Assembly: GCA_964465945.1 (NCBI GenBank)
Contig: CAYXMM010000002.1
Coordinates: forward strand, 66,691-130,690
Source of the DNA: an uncultured Hyphomicrobiales bacterium
GTDB taxonomy: Bacteria > Bacteroidota > Ignavibacteria > Kapaibacteriales > UBA2268
DNA length: 64,000 nucleotides
Direction of reading: 5' to 3'
Each line of letters opens with the position of its first letter. Position 1 is the first letter of the stretch. Of the stretch, positions 9,539 to 19,846 are shown one piece after another. A program made the translations under genes and the position numbers. The notes under the pieces are model-generated. The model made no database searches. It was not told the origin of the DNA and saw nothing but the letters and a program-made list of their open reading frames with translations.

Positions 9539-12500
9539 ATGAAAAAATACACAATTCTACTGTTACTTATTTTATTTTCACAAAGTAATTTATTCTCCGC
9601 ATTTACCGTTACTCAAATTGTTACAGATGAGTTTCCTTATGTGAAAGTCAATTTTGTTGCAACTCAGCCAAATGGTCAGAAATATGATAACCTTGTAGTA
9701 GGTGATTTCGCTATTAAAGAGAATGGCGTTAATATGGCACCAACTCTTGAACTTTCTTGTAAAGAAAGTGATGCCCCTGCTGAATTAAGTATTTTGCTTG
9801 TGTTAGACAGAAGTGGCTCAATGGAAACTAATCCTGATGACGGAATAAGACGCTGGGATTGGGTTGTCGAAGGAGTTAAAAAGTTCCTTGAGACGCTCAA
9901 ATTTGAAGGAAAAACTAAAGTAGCAATAACTGCGTTTTCATTGGATGCTAAATTAATAAGTGATTTTACAAATGACAAACAAATGCTAATTGATACTGTT
10001 GAAAAAATAATTCCTTTTGGTCCAACATTTTATAATCCTCCATTTATTGAATCAGAAGTTAATGCCGTGAAAATGCTATCTTCTCAACCGGCAGATATGA
10101 ATAGAATATGTATTTTTTTGACAGATGGTTTGCCAGAACCTGGTGAAAAAAATAGAACAGAAGAAATTTTTAAAGCAATGCAAAATGCCAATATACAAGT
10201 TTATACTATTACTTTAATGATGCCAATGACTGTTAACTTATCAAGAATTGCTCACGAAACTGGTGGTAAGTCATTTGAAGTTAGAAAAAAATCCGAGTTA
10301 GAAGATATCTATGAGCTAATTGCAGTTGAAGCTCAATCAAGACAGATTTGTGAATTGAAATGGCTTTCTCATTATGGTTGTGATGAAGCATCAAGAGACA
10401 GAAATGTTACAATAGATTTTTTAAGAGATTTGGAACCTACTCCAAAAGACAGATTTTACAGAGCCCCTGAAAATAGTATTGCTAAATTAGAACCAAAAGG
10501 TGGAGGACTTGTAAGCTTTGGAAACCCTGATATTGGCGTTCCGATTACAAGTACTGCAACATTTACGGTTGTAAATGGACCTTTTACTTATAAAGGTCAT
10601 ACAATTACACCTCCAACATTTTTTACATTGGAACAAGTTAGAATCAATGGAAATATAGCTCAAGTTAATGACGTAGCTCAACCCAACGATACTATTGAGG
10701 TCGATTTAAAATTTACTCAACAAACTGCAAAAGAATATAGGCAAGCATTGTTTTCGTTAGATGGTGTGTTTTGTCCTGGTTATGTGAATTTAACAGGTGG
10801 ATTTTCACGAGTAGTACTTGTTTCTCCGCATACAAGTGTTTATTCTCCTTGCGATGGTGTTGATATTCAATGGGCAGGAGTTGAAGCAGAAACACCTGTG
10901 AATTTATATTACTCTACCGATAATGGAGCAACATGGGAAGATATTGTTAAAAATGTATCAGGAGGACATTATAAATGGAATCCAACATTTGTTTCAAATA
11001 ATATTAAAGTAAAAGTGGAAAGAGAAGCACGCCAATTTTATAGATGGGTCCAACAAGGTAAAAATCAATTTAATGGAATTGCATCAGGTTTAGATATGGA
11101 TCCAGCAGAAACTTATATTTATACAACTGGTTACTTCCAAGAAACATTAGATTTCTTAGGTAATACAAAGATTTCAAAAGGTGGAACTGATATTTATGTG
11201 GCAAAATTAGATAGAGATGGTTTTCCTCAGTGGGTTGTAAACGGTGGCTCGGACATGAATGATTCTACTGCTGGGATTATTGTATCACCAACAAATGATA
11301 TTTTCATTGCAGGAACTTCATTTAATGGATTGAAATTTGGAATATCAACTCCATTCTTTAAACATTCAAATGTATCTTATGGGTTTATTTCAAAATTAGC
11401 AACTGATGGTTCAGTCCAAAAGACAGTTACTTTTGGAGCAGATCAAAATGCAAACTCACAATTATGGGTTCGTGGGATTAGATATGAAAAATCAGCTAAT
11501 AGAATTGCTGTCTGTGGTAATTATAGTGGTAGAGTTGATTTTCCGAGTGGTATTTCATTTCAAAATACAGGTAGTTTTGTTGCATACTATGATAATAATT
11601 TGAATTTTATGGATGCTTACAGAATTGGTTATAATATTAACGACTATAAAAAGTATTCACATACAGATGCAGATGGAAATATTTATAGTACTCAAACTTT
11701 TGAGAATACTATAACTTTTGAAAATCAGACGTTTACTTCACAAGATGCTAAAGATTTTGTTGTTTCTTGCTATGGCAAAGTAGCAGCATCTATCGATCAA
11801 TCATCCGGTAATTTTGCCCTTCAAATGCCAAAAATCTCATTTTCAATAACTAAAGCAGATGTTGGCAATACATTACTTGGGTCAATAGGTACAAGGGTGT
11901 TTAGTGGGTTGTTAAAAAATACTGGTAATTTACCAATTGTACCTCAATCTTCAAATATGATTTCAGAGATTACTAATGAGTTTTCACTTAGAAGTCAACT
12001 ACCGACATACATGGCACCTGGTGAAGAAGTTCCTCTTGAGTTTTCATTTGCACCTCAAAAATTAGGTGTTAGAACTGCTACATTTACTATTATTAGTGAA
12101 TGTGGAGACCCAATTTCTTTAGAGATTGTTGGAAATGGAACTTGTAAAGGTGAATCTGTTGATTTAGCAGATGTTGGTAAAAAAACTATTGGTATTCGTT
12201 CAAGGATAGTTTTAAATGATATTTTTACTAATCCAACTTCACAAGTAATTAGAATCACTCCGGTGATTGAAAGCGACCCAAGTTCAGAATTTGAAATATT
12301 TGCGATTGACCAAAGTGGGGTAGAGCAAGCTACATTAAATGTTCCGGCATTTTCAAGCTCAACTTTTGTAGTCTATTTTACACCGAAACAAGAAGGAATA
12401 AGAACTGCGAAAATTAATTTTGGAGTAACAACAGCATGTGAAAATACTTATTCTAATTTGCAAGGTGAAGGTATCAATTCTTCAATTGTTGGGAATACTC

Positions 12501-14161
12501 CTGAAATTATTAATAGAATTAGAACTGTAAATAATGGAAAAATTACTTTAAGCAATTTATCTGATTTAGCATCAAAAATTTCTAATTTACAAATTGTTAA
12601 TGACCCAAATAATTACTTTAAATTAGTTAATGCCAATAGTTCTTATGATATCGGAGGCAATCAATCAGTTGAAATTGACTATTCATTTACTCCTTTAACA
12701 GAAGGTGTTTATTCTCCAATTTTAGTTTTTGAATTAGCAAGTGGTAAGTTAGATTCCACAACAATTCTAAAAGGAACTGGGTTGTTCCCAGAGCTTGAAA
12801 TTACATATTTATGTGCAGATAATGCAACTCAAAGCCAAACTTCTGGTTCTACTTTAAGGATCAAAAATAAATCTACATTAACGAGCGTTGATGTAAGTTC
12901 GATAACTTCATTGGTTAGCGATTTTAAATTTGATAATGGAACTTTAGTTTCAAACAATTTGAATATCGCAGCAAATTCTACAAAAGATGTAAATGTGAAT
13001 TTTACTCCTTCGACCGGTGGAAATATTACATATAATTTTGATGTTGTTGCTGACGCAGCTATTGGTTATTTGATTGATGATAAATTTGCTACTGATACAA
13101 CATTACCTCGAGTAACTGGCGAATGTGAAGCTAATCCAAATACAAATCAAGATGGTTATGATTTTGCTAATATTTTAGTTTGTGATAAACCAGGTTCATA
13201 TTTCTATACAATTACAAACAATTCCAGTTCACCATTGATAATTAATTCTTCTGATGTTATTATTACTCCTAACGAAGGAATTTTTTCAGTAAATATGCCA
13301 GCAACATTAACTATCCCTGTTGGTGGTCAATCTCAAGTTGAAATCGTATTTACTCCATCTGAATCTAAAATTTATAATGCTTCGATTCAGTTTAAAAATA
13401 ATTTAAACTTAGACTATACTCTAAATGTAACAGGAACAGGAATTTATATTGACTTGAATGCAACAAAAAACAAACAGTCTGTTAATCCTGGTGAGATTGA
13501 TAAACTAAATTTTGGTGTAATAATACCTAAACTAACAAGTCAAGCTAATAATAGTCAATGGGATATTCAAAAAGTTACTATTAATGTAAAATATAATAAT
13601 TTAGTTGTAAATATTAAAGATTCAAGTATTGTTGATAAGACTGGTGGAAAATTAACTTGGACTTTGAATAGAGTTAGTTTTAATGAATTTAATATTGTTG
13701 GAGTTGGTGCATTGCCAACGCCATATAATCAAGATTTAGTTTCAATTGAATATTATCTGAATTTATCAAATGATTTTAAAGCAGAGATTGATTATAATAT
13801 CTTTGTTGAAAATTGTAATGCTGGTGATAGCGATCCTATTACTGTTGAACTTTCAGAATTTTGTGCTAGAAATTTAAGAGTATTTGATGCGAGTGGAATA
13901 AATAGCGACATAGAGGGAATTAATCCAAATCCAATAGCGCAAAACAAATTAGTTTCATACTCAAATGCTTTTAATGGTCCTGTTAAAATAGAAATAAGAA
14001 ACTCGATTGGGGAATTAATATCAGTTCCTGTAAATACTAATCTTGAATCTGGGTTTTATCAATTCCTACTTGAAGTTGATAAATTACCAACTGGTGTGTA
14101 TTTTATAAATTATACTAATTTACAGAATACTAAAACCATTAAATTTAACGTAAATAAATAA
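9539..14161 (+). CDS. very large secreted VWA-domain protein with T9SS C-terminal sorting domain
   Basis: Signal peptide at the Met 14 codons into the track ORF. LLVLDRSGSMET MIDAS motif of von Willebrand A domains, followed by long beta-rich repeat regions. C-terminus ...IEIRNSIGELIS...LPTGVYFINY is T9SS-like. Confidence 0.75.
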   Translation: MKKYTILLLLILFSQSNLFSAFTVTQIVTDEFPYVKVNFVATQPNGQKYDNLVVGDFAIKENGVNMAPTLELSCKESDAPAELSILLVLDRSGSMETNPDDGIRRWDWVVEGVKKFLETLKFEGKTKVAITAFSLDAKLISDFTNDKQMLIDTVEKIIPFGPTFYNPPFIESEVNAVKMLSSQPADMNRICIFLTDGLPEPGEKNRTEEIFKAMQNANIQVYTITLMMPMTVNLSRIAHETGGKSFEVRKKSELEDIYELIAVEAQSRQICELKWLSHYGCDEASRDRNVTIDFLRDLEPTPKDRFYRAPENSIAKLEPKGGGLVSFGNPDIGVPITSTATFTVVNGPFTYKGHTITPPTFFTLEQVRINGNIAQVNDVAQPNDTIEVDLKFTQQTAKEYRQALFSLDGVFCPGYVNLTGGFSRVVLVSPHTSVYSPCDGVDIQWAGVEAETPVNLYYSTDNGATWEDIVKNVSGGHYKWNPTFVSNNIKVKVEREARQFYRWVQQGKNQFNGIASGLDMDPAETYIYTTGYFQETLDFLGNTKISKGGTDIYVAKLDRDGFPQWVVNGGSDMNDSTAGIIVSPTNDIFIAGTSFNGLKFGISTPFFKHSNVSYGFISKLATDGSVQKTVTFGADQNANSQLWVRGIRYEKSANRIAVCGNYSGRVDFPSGISFQNTGSFVAYYDNNLNFMDAYRIGYNINDYKKYSHTDADGNIYSTQTFENTITFENQTFTSQDAKDFVVSCYGKVAASIDQSSGNFALQMPKISFSITKADVGNTLLGSIGTRVFSGLLKNTGNLPIVPQSSNMISEITNEFSLRSQLPTYMAPGEEVPLEFSFAPQKLGVRTATFTIISECGDPISLEIVGNGTCKGESVDLADVGKKTIGIRSRIVLNDIFTNPTSQVIRITPVIESDPSSEFEIFAIDQSGVEQATLNVPAFSSSTFVVYFTPKQEGIRTAKINFGVTTACENTYSNLQGEGINSSIVGNTPEIINRIRTVNNGKITLSNLSDLASKISNLQIVNDPNNYFKLVNANSSYDIGGNQSVEIDYSFTPLTEGVYSPILVFELASGKLDSTTILKGTGLFPELEITYLCADNATQSQTSGSTLRIKNKSTLTSVDVSSITSLVSDFKFDNGTLVSNNLNIAANSTKDVNVNFTPSTGGNITYNFDVVADAAIGYLIDDKFATDTTLPRVTGECEANPNTNQDGYDFANILVCDKPGSYFYTITNNSSSPLIINSSDVIITPNEGIFSVNMPATLTIPVGGQSQVEIVFTPSESKIYNASIQFKNNLNLDYTLNVTGTGIYIDLNATKNKQSVNPGEIDKLNFGVIIPKLTSQANNSQWDIQKVTINVKYNNLVVNIKDSSIVDKTGGKLTWTLNRVSFNEFNIVGVGALPTPYNQDLVSIEYYLNLSNDFKAEIDYNIFVENCNAGDSDPITVELSEFCARNLRVFDASGINSDIEGINPNPIAQNKLVSYSNAFNGPVKIEIRNSIGELISVPVNTNLESGFYQFLLEVDKLPTGVYFINYTNLQNTKTIKFNVNK

Positions 14162-14168
14162 AACAAAC

Positions 14169-14202
14169 AGAGGTTATCAATGAAAGATAACCTCTTTTTT
14201 TA
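14169..14202 (+). terminator. Rho-independent terminator
   Basis: AGAGGTTATC-aatgaaa-GATAACCTCT hairpin followed by TTTTTTT. Confidence 0.85.
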
Positions 14203-14223
14203 TTATGTTAATATTCCTTAATT

Positions 14224-15525
14224 TTGTCCTTTTTTATTGTAAAACTATTAATGAATCTCTGGGCAATAATTTATAACTTATTTATAATTCCAATTTTATT
14301 TTTAACTTATAAAATTGTATCAATTTTTAATCTTAAAGTTCGAAAAAGAGAACGAGATTATTTTCATTATATTAATCAAATTCCAAAAAAAGAAAAAGGT
14401 ACTCTTAGAATTTTGATTCATTCATCTTCTTTAGGTGAGTTTGAACAGGCAAAACCTGTAATAGAAAGATTGAAACGAAACAGAGATAATATTGAAATTA
14501 TTGCTTCATTTTACTCTCCATCCGGTCTTGAAAACTCATTAAATTATGATTTTGTTGATTTTAATGTTTATATGCCTTTTGATTCACTTTCAAGAGCAAA
14601 ACAATTTACTAATATCACAAATCCTGATGTCATTGTTATGATTAGATATGACATTTGGAGAAATCACATAGCACTTTTTAAGTATAAAAGAAAGCCAATA
14701 ATATTAATAAATGCTTCTCAACCAAGTAATTACCTAAAATATTGTCCTTTTATTAAATCGTTCTACAAAGATTTATATTCATTATTCGATGAAATTTACA
14801 CATTAAATGAAGAACATTATAGTTATTTTAATAAATTAAAAATTCCTTCTGAGATTATCAATTCGGCAGACACAAGGTATGACCGAATTATAGAAAAAGT
14901 TGCTGAAAACTTAGATTCTGATTTGTTAGATAAAAAGCATTTTAAAGGTAAAAAAGTTATTGTATTTGGCTCATCTTGGGGAGAAGATGAAAATTTATTT
15001 GCAGATGTACTAAATAAATATAGAAATAGTATTTTTCCAATTATTGTTCCTCACGAACCAAGCAAAGAACATATTATATCATCAAGACTTTTATTTCCAA
15101 AATCAGTGCTTTTAAGTGAGTATTCAAAAAATTTAGACTTTGAATTTGAAGCAATTATAGTAGATAGTATTGGTAAATTACTTCAACTATATTCATTCGC
15201 AGATGCAGCATATATTGGTGGCGGAATTTCAAAAAGTGTGCATTCAGTTTCAGAGCCATCTGGTTACTCAATTCCTCTTGCTTGTGGACCTAAAATCGAG
15301 CGTTCACCAGAAGCCAAAGAGCTTAATAAATTAGGTTCGCTTAAAGTTATAAAAAATAAAATTGATGCTGAAAGCTTTATTAGTCTAGTGCTTGATGAAA
15401 AATCGTCAAAGGAATTAGGAATAATTTCAGGAAATTATATTAAGAACAAAGTTGGTGCAAGCAATTTAATTACTAATAAAATACTTTCCTTAGCCGATAA
15501 AAAAATAAATCTCATTAGAGAGTAA
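14224..15525 (+). CDS. kdtA: 3-deoxy-D-manno-octulosonic acid (Kdo) transferase, GT30
   Basis: N-terminal IHSSSLGEFEQAKPVIERLK resembles the KdtA/WaaA signature WIHAxSVGE. Size and layout fit. Confidence 0.8.
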   Translation: MSFFIVKLLMNLWAIIYNLFIIPILFLTYKIVSIFNLKVRKRERDYFHYINQIPKKEKGTLRILIHSSSLGEFEQAKPVIERLKRNRDNIEIIASFYSPSGLENSLNYDFVDFNVYMPFDSLSRAKQFTNITNPDVIVMIRYDIWRNHIALFKYKRKPIILINASQPSNYLKYCPFIKSFYKDLYSLFDEIYTLNEEHYSYFNKLKIPSEIINSADTRYDRIIEKVAENLDSDLLDKKHFKGKKVIVFGSSWGEDENLFADVLNKYRNSIFPIIVPHEPSKEHIISSRLLFPKSVLLSEYSKNLDFEFEAIIVDSIGKLLQLYSFADAAYIGGGISKSVHSVSEPSGYSIPLACGPKIERSPEAKELNKLGSLKVIKNKIDAESFISLVLDEKSSKELGIISGNYIKNKVGASNLITNKILSLADKKINLIRE

Positions 15526-15560
15526 ATTAAGACAACATTCAGATTTAATATAATAAAAAA

Positions 15561-15582
15561 AGGAGCAATTTGCTCCTTTTTT
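15561..15582. terminator. bidirectional terminator between convergent kdtA and the M28 peptidase gene
   Basis: AGGAGCAA-tt-TGCTCCT hairpin flanked by A-run and T-run. Confidence 0.7.
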
Positions 15583-15588
15583 GATTTT

Positions 15589-17376
15589 TTATTTTGCTGC
15601 TAATTTGACATTGAAAGTAAGTGGTTCTTTTTTGCCACCTCGTAATACGCTGACTTTTACTATATCACCAGGATTTTTCTCCCAGTAGCTATACATAAAG
15701 TCATAAATATCTTTTACATCAACTTCATCAACTTTTATTACTATGTCACCAGCTTTTAAACCACCAATTTCAGCGGGACTTCCTGGACGAACGCCATCAA
15801 GAACGAAGCCGTGTTCAGTATCACTATATGAAGGTATAACACCCATAACAACTTTGGAACTTGTTCGACTTATATGCTCTTTTTTGTCACTTTCTTTTAC
15901 TTCTGAATAAGGTAATTCGTTTTCGTTTGAGAGCTTTCTAATTACTGCTTCTGAATAATCTAAAATTTTCACAATTCCTGCATAATCAATTCTTTCTGGT
16001 GTATCGTCAGGAGTGTGATACTCTGAGTGAATTCCAGAAAAGAAAAACAGAACAGGAATTCTAATCAGGTTGAATGATTGGTGGTCTGAAGGACCATTTC
16101 CTGTTGCGACTTTTTTAATTTTAATTGCTTGTTGCCTTGCAATATCATCAACTACGCTTTCAATTTTCGGACTTGTTCCTACTCCGAAAACTTGCATATC
16201 TTTGCTATCTAATCTTCCAACCATATCGTAATTTACGTAGAATTTGATTTTAGATTTTTCAACAGGAAGGTTTAAAGCGAATTCTTTTGAACCAAGCAGT
16301 CCCATTTCTTCTGATGAAAAAGCAACAAAAATTATGTTGTCTTTAATTTTATTCTCAGAAAATCTCTTTGCTAATTGAAGTATAGCAGAAGTTCCTGATG
16401 CATTATCATCGGCTCCGTAGTGAATTTTAATTTCCTTACCTTTGTATCTTGATGAACTAGAATGACCTTCGCCGAGGTGGTCGTAATGAGCGCCAATAAT
16501 GATATATTTATCAGTTTCGCCTTTCAAAAGACCCATTATATTTTTAGTGCTTGTAAGTTTATCTTTTATTGATACGTTTATTTTGCAAGTTGAGTTTTTT
16601 AATTGAAATGATTTAGGTTTTCGAGTTTTATTGATTGCTTCTTCACAAGGATAAAGCTTGTCGCTATTTGGAAAAAACTTATCCATTTGAACTCTATTTG
16701 CTTGAATGCAAATGATTCCAGCATCTGTTGAAACTCTATCTACATCTTCTAATCTCTCGAATACGTTTGCGGAATCACCTTGTATATTAACAAAAATAAT
16801 TGCTGCTGCTTTGTGATTTTTAGCATTTGTTGTTTTATATCTTAAATTTGAATATTTTGCAAATTCACCTGTTTTTGAAACACCATCTGGGCTGTCCGAT
16901 AGTAAAACCACAATTTTACCTTCAACATTAACTCCTTCGTAATCATCATAATTAAGTTCTTTGGCGCTTATTCCATAACCACAGAATATTAGTTCGGCTT
17001 CAATTTCACCATTTGATGAGAATGAGTAAGGTAAATAGTCAGAATTAACTGCCCAAGATTTTGTTGTTGTTATTGGTTTGCCTGGTCGTGGAATTGTTAC
17101 AGTGAATTGCAAATCGTTATTACCTGCTGCATCTAACTCTCTACCTGTTTTTACTTCAAAAGATTGAGTATAACTTCCGTTGACTTTTTCTAAGCCAATA
17201 CTTTCAAATTTTGACTGAATAAATTGTGCTGCTTTTTCGATTCCTTCGGTTCCTGGTTTTCTACCTTTTAATTCAGGTGAAGCGAGATATTCAAGATTAG
17301 ATTTAATCTCGGATATTTCGTCAGCGATTAAGTTTATAGATACAAAAAGAATTAATATTAAAACTAACTTTTTCAT
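15589..17376 (-). CDS. M28-family zinc peptidase with PA and C-terminal PDZ domains
   Basis: HYGADDNASGTSAILQLA metal-binding motif; C-terminal GLKAGDIVIKVDEVDV PDZ-like segment; signal peptide. Confidence 0.75.
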   Translation of the reverse strand: MKKLVLILILFVSINLIADEISEIKSNLEYLASPELKGRKPGTEGIEKAAQFIQSKFESIGLEKVNGSYTQSFEVKTGRELDAAGNNDLQFTVTIPRPGKPITTTKSWAVNSDYLPYSFSSNGEIEAELIFCGYGISAKELNYDDYEGVNVEGKIVVLLSDSPDGVSKTGEFAKYSNLRYKTTNAKNHKAAAIIFVNIQGDSANVFERLEDVDRVSTDAGIICIQANRVQMDKFFPNSDKLYPCEEAINKTRKPKSFQLKNSTCKINVSIKDKLTSTKNIMGLLKGETDKYIIIGAHYDHLGEGHSSSSRYKGKEIKIHYGADDNASGTSAILQLAKRFSENKIKDNIIFVAFSSEEMGLLGSKEFALNLPVEKSKIKFYVNYDMVGRLDSKDMQVFGVGTSPKIESVVDDIARQQAIKIKKVATGNGPSDHQSFNLIRIPVLFFFSGIHSEYHTPDDTPERIDYAGIVKILDYSEAVIRKLSNENELPYSEVKESDKKEHISRTSSKVVMGVIPSYSDTEHGFVLDGVRPGSPAEIGGLKAGDIVIKVDEVDVKDIYDFMYSYWEKNPGDIVKVSVLRGGKKEPLTFNVKLAAK

Positions 17377-17393
17377 TAATTTTATCCTTTCAA

Positions 17394-18779
17394 TTAGTTT
17401 ATTTTACTTAGAATTTCAGTAACGACTTCTTCCATTTTCATACCTCTTGAACCTTTTACTAATATTATATCATTATCGGCTAGTGAGTTCAAAAGTTTTG
17501 AAGTTATTTCTGACTTATTTTCAAAATTAAGATTTCTATCCACACTATTATAAATTGGTCCATAAGTGTAAATTTGTGTTGTTACACTTTTAGCATTATC
17601 TAAGATTAGTTGATGTTCTTTAGCTGTTTCTTCGCCTAATTCAAGCATATCTCCGAGTACAATATGGATATTTTTCTTGTCTTTAAAACTCGATACTAAA
17701 TTAATCATTTCAGCTACGCTTCCTGGATTTGCATTGTAAGTGTCGTTTATTATTTTGATATTATTTTTATTAATAACAGAAAGTCGTCCATATTCAGTTG
17801 AAGTATCAGGAGTAAAAGATTCTAAGCCCTTTTTCACTTCTTCTTCACTTAAATCTAAGTTCAATCCAATTGCTGAAGCGGCAAGTGCATTTATTGCACC
17901 TGGGTATCCTGGTACATTAATTTTTGCAGTAAGCTCTTTTTGATTAAACTTAGCAGTTATTGTCGGCATTAAATCATCGTCATATTCAACGTCTCCAACC
18001 AGCATTGCCTCATTTGTGAATCCATAACTTACTCTCTTTTCGAGTACCATTGTATATTTTTTTAGTCGAGTATCATCAAGGTTAATATATGAGAAAATAT
18101 CGTGTTTCTTTGCGTAATTAAATAGATTTGTCTCTTCAATTTCTACTCCGTCTATGTCAATTAAAACTTCGAGGTGTTCTTTGTTAATATTAGTTATAAG
18201 AGCATGATTTGGGTTGACGATTTTGCTTAATTCTGCAATTTCACCGAAGGAATTTGTTCCCATTTCAATAACTGCAGCAGTATGACTTTCATCTAATTGT
18301 AAAAGCATAAGGGGAACGCCTAACTGATTATTATAATTTTTATAAGTTTTTAAAACATTAAACTTAGTAGATAAAACTGAAGCGATTAATTCTTTCGTTG
18401 TAGTTTTTCCGTTAGAGCCAGCAACAGCAATAATAGGAATGCTAAACCTACTTCTGTGGTAATTAGCGGTTTCACCGAGAGCTTTATAAGAGTTTTTTAC
18501 AACAATAATTGGTAAATCTTTTAATTCTTCTTTGTTTTGTATATACCAATTTTGTTCAACAAACGCAAGAGATGCGCCGAGTTCAAAAGCATCATTCACA
18601 CGACTATGTCCGTCTGAATTTGCCCCTTTTAAAGCAAAGAAAGCATTTCCTTGATTTATTGTTCTTGTGTCAATCGAAATGCCTTCTACTAAAATATCAT
18701 TATTTATATTATGAAGATCATTCTGTCCAAAAAGGATGAATAAGTCTTCAAAATTAAACTTAGCTCTATTCTTTATCAT
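17394..18779 (-). CDS. murF: UDP-N-acetylmuramoyl-tripeptide--D-alanyl-D-alanine ligase
   Basis: GSNGKTTTKE Mur-ligase P-loop; N-terminal ...FFALKGANSDGH... MurF-type motif; 461 aa. Confidence 0.85.
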   Translation of the reverse strand: MIKNRAKFNFEDLFILFGQNDLHNINNDILVEGISIDTRTINQGNAFFALKGANSDGHSRVNDAFELGASLAFVEQNWYIQNKEELKDLPIIVVKNSYKALGETANYHRSRFSIPIIAVAGSNGKTTTKELIASVLSTKFNVLKTYKNYNNQLGVPLMLLQLDESHTAAVIEMGTNSFGEIAELSKIVNPNHALITNINKEHLEVLIDIDGVEIEETNLFNYAKKHDIFSYINLDDTRLKKYTMVLEKRVSYGFTNEAMLVGDVEYDDDLMPTITAKFNQKELTAKINVPGYPGAINALAASAIGLNLDLSEEEVKKGLESFTPDTSTEYGRLSVINKNNIKIINDTYNANPGSVAEMINLVSSFKDKKNIHIVLGDMLELGEETAKEHQLILDNAKSVTTQIYTYGPIYNSVDRNLNFENKSEITSKLLNSLADNDIILVKGSRGMKMEEVVTEILSKIN

Positions 18780-19524
18780 TTTTTTCTTTCATTATTTGTT
18801 GTGTAAGCAATTCGATTTCTTTTTTGAACTTACCATTAGCAAATTTTGATTCATAAATTTTAATTAATCCGAGGGCTTCTTCATGTCTATCCATGTAATC
18901 AAGTGTTTTGATTTTCCCGAAATAAGCATCTTCAAAGTATTGAGTATCATCATATTTATTAATTACTTCATCATAATAAATTAAAGCCGCTCTTGGAGCA
19001 TCTAAAATCATATAAATTTCAGCAATATGATATTGTTTATGAGCTAATTTACCCCGAAGTACTTCAATTAATTTGTCTGCTTCTTTAGTTAAGCTATCAT
19101 TAGGGTAAACATATTGAAATTCTTGTAGTGATTCTATTGCTTTGTTGGTATATTCTTGGTCTCGTTCAAATGAAGGAGATAGCATAAAGTAGCATTTAGC
19201 AGATTTGAACATTGCCTCTTTTGCGTATTCTGTTGAAGGGTAAATTCTACGTAGGTTGTTGTAATTGAAAGCAGCTAATATATAATTGCCATCATTAAAA
19301 TCACACTCTGAGAGATAATACTGAGCTTTCTCAGCATAATTTGATGCTGGAAATTGTAATTTAATTATATCAAACTTTTGTTTTGCTTTAAAATAATCTT
19401 CATCATTAAAATATTCCATTGCTTGGTTAAAAACGGCTTCAGGAGTTTTTGATGATTCAGATTTATCCGAAGAACAAGAGACAATGCTAATTAAACTTAA
19501 AAATATTAGGAATTTTAATTTCAT
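18766..19524 (-). CDS. bamD: outer membrane protein assembly factor BamD (TPR lipoprotein)
   Basis: Lipoprotein signal (LISIVSCSS) from the internal Met; TPR-like repeats; overlaps the murF start. Confidence 0.7.
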   Translation of the reverse strand: MKLKFLIFLSLISIVSCSSDKSESSKTPEAVFNQAMEYFNDEDYFKAKQKFDIIKLQFPASNYAEKAQYYLSECDFNDGNYILAAFNYNNLRRIYPSTEYAKEAMFKSAKCYFMLSPSFERDQEYTNKAIESLQEFQYVYPNDSLTKEADKLIEVLRGKLAHKQYHIAEIYMILDAPRAALIYYDEVINKYDDTQYFEDAYFGKIKTLDYMDRHEEALGLIKIYESKFANGKFKKEIELLTQQIMKEKNDKE

Positions 19525-19846
19525 AAACAATTGGGATAAAAAATACAAAATTAATCAATTTATTTGATTTCTTGAAACTAAATCAAGAATGAATACGAAA
19601 TACGATTACGAGTTGATTAATGTTTGCAATTTATTAATTTAATAGTTTTAATTTTAAAACTAAAATATTGCTTTTGGCATAATATTTATGGAAAATAGCA
19701 ATAAATAGGTTATTTTTGGAACTTATTAAATTTGTAATTCGTAGAAATTATTCAATTTTATTAACTAATGTTAAATTATTCAGAGGTAAGCTTATATTTT
19801 CTTACTACTTATTCGTCTTTGTGAAATCCAATTAAAGTAAAATAAA

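Noticed and set aside
9676-12258. Several small ORFs on either strand inside the VWA giant gene
   Set aside because: All embedded in, or antisense to, the continuous 1554-aa ORF.
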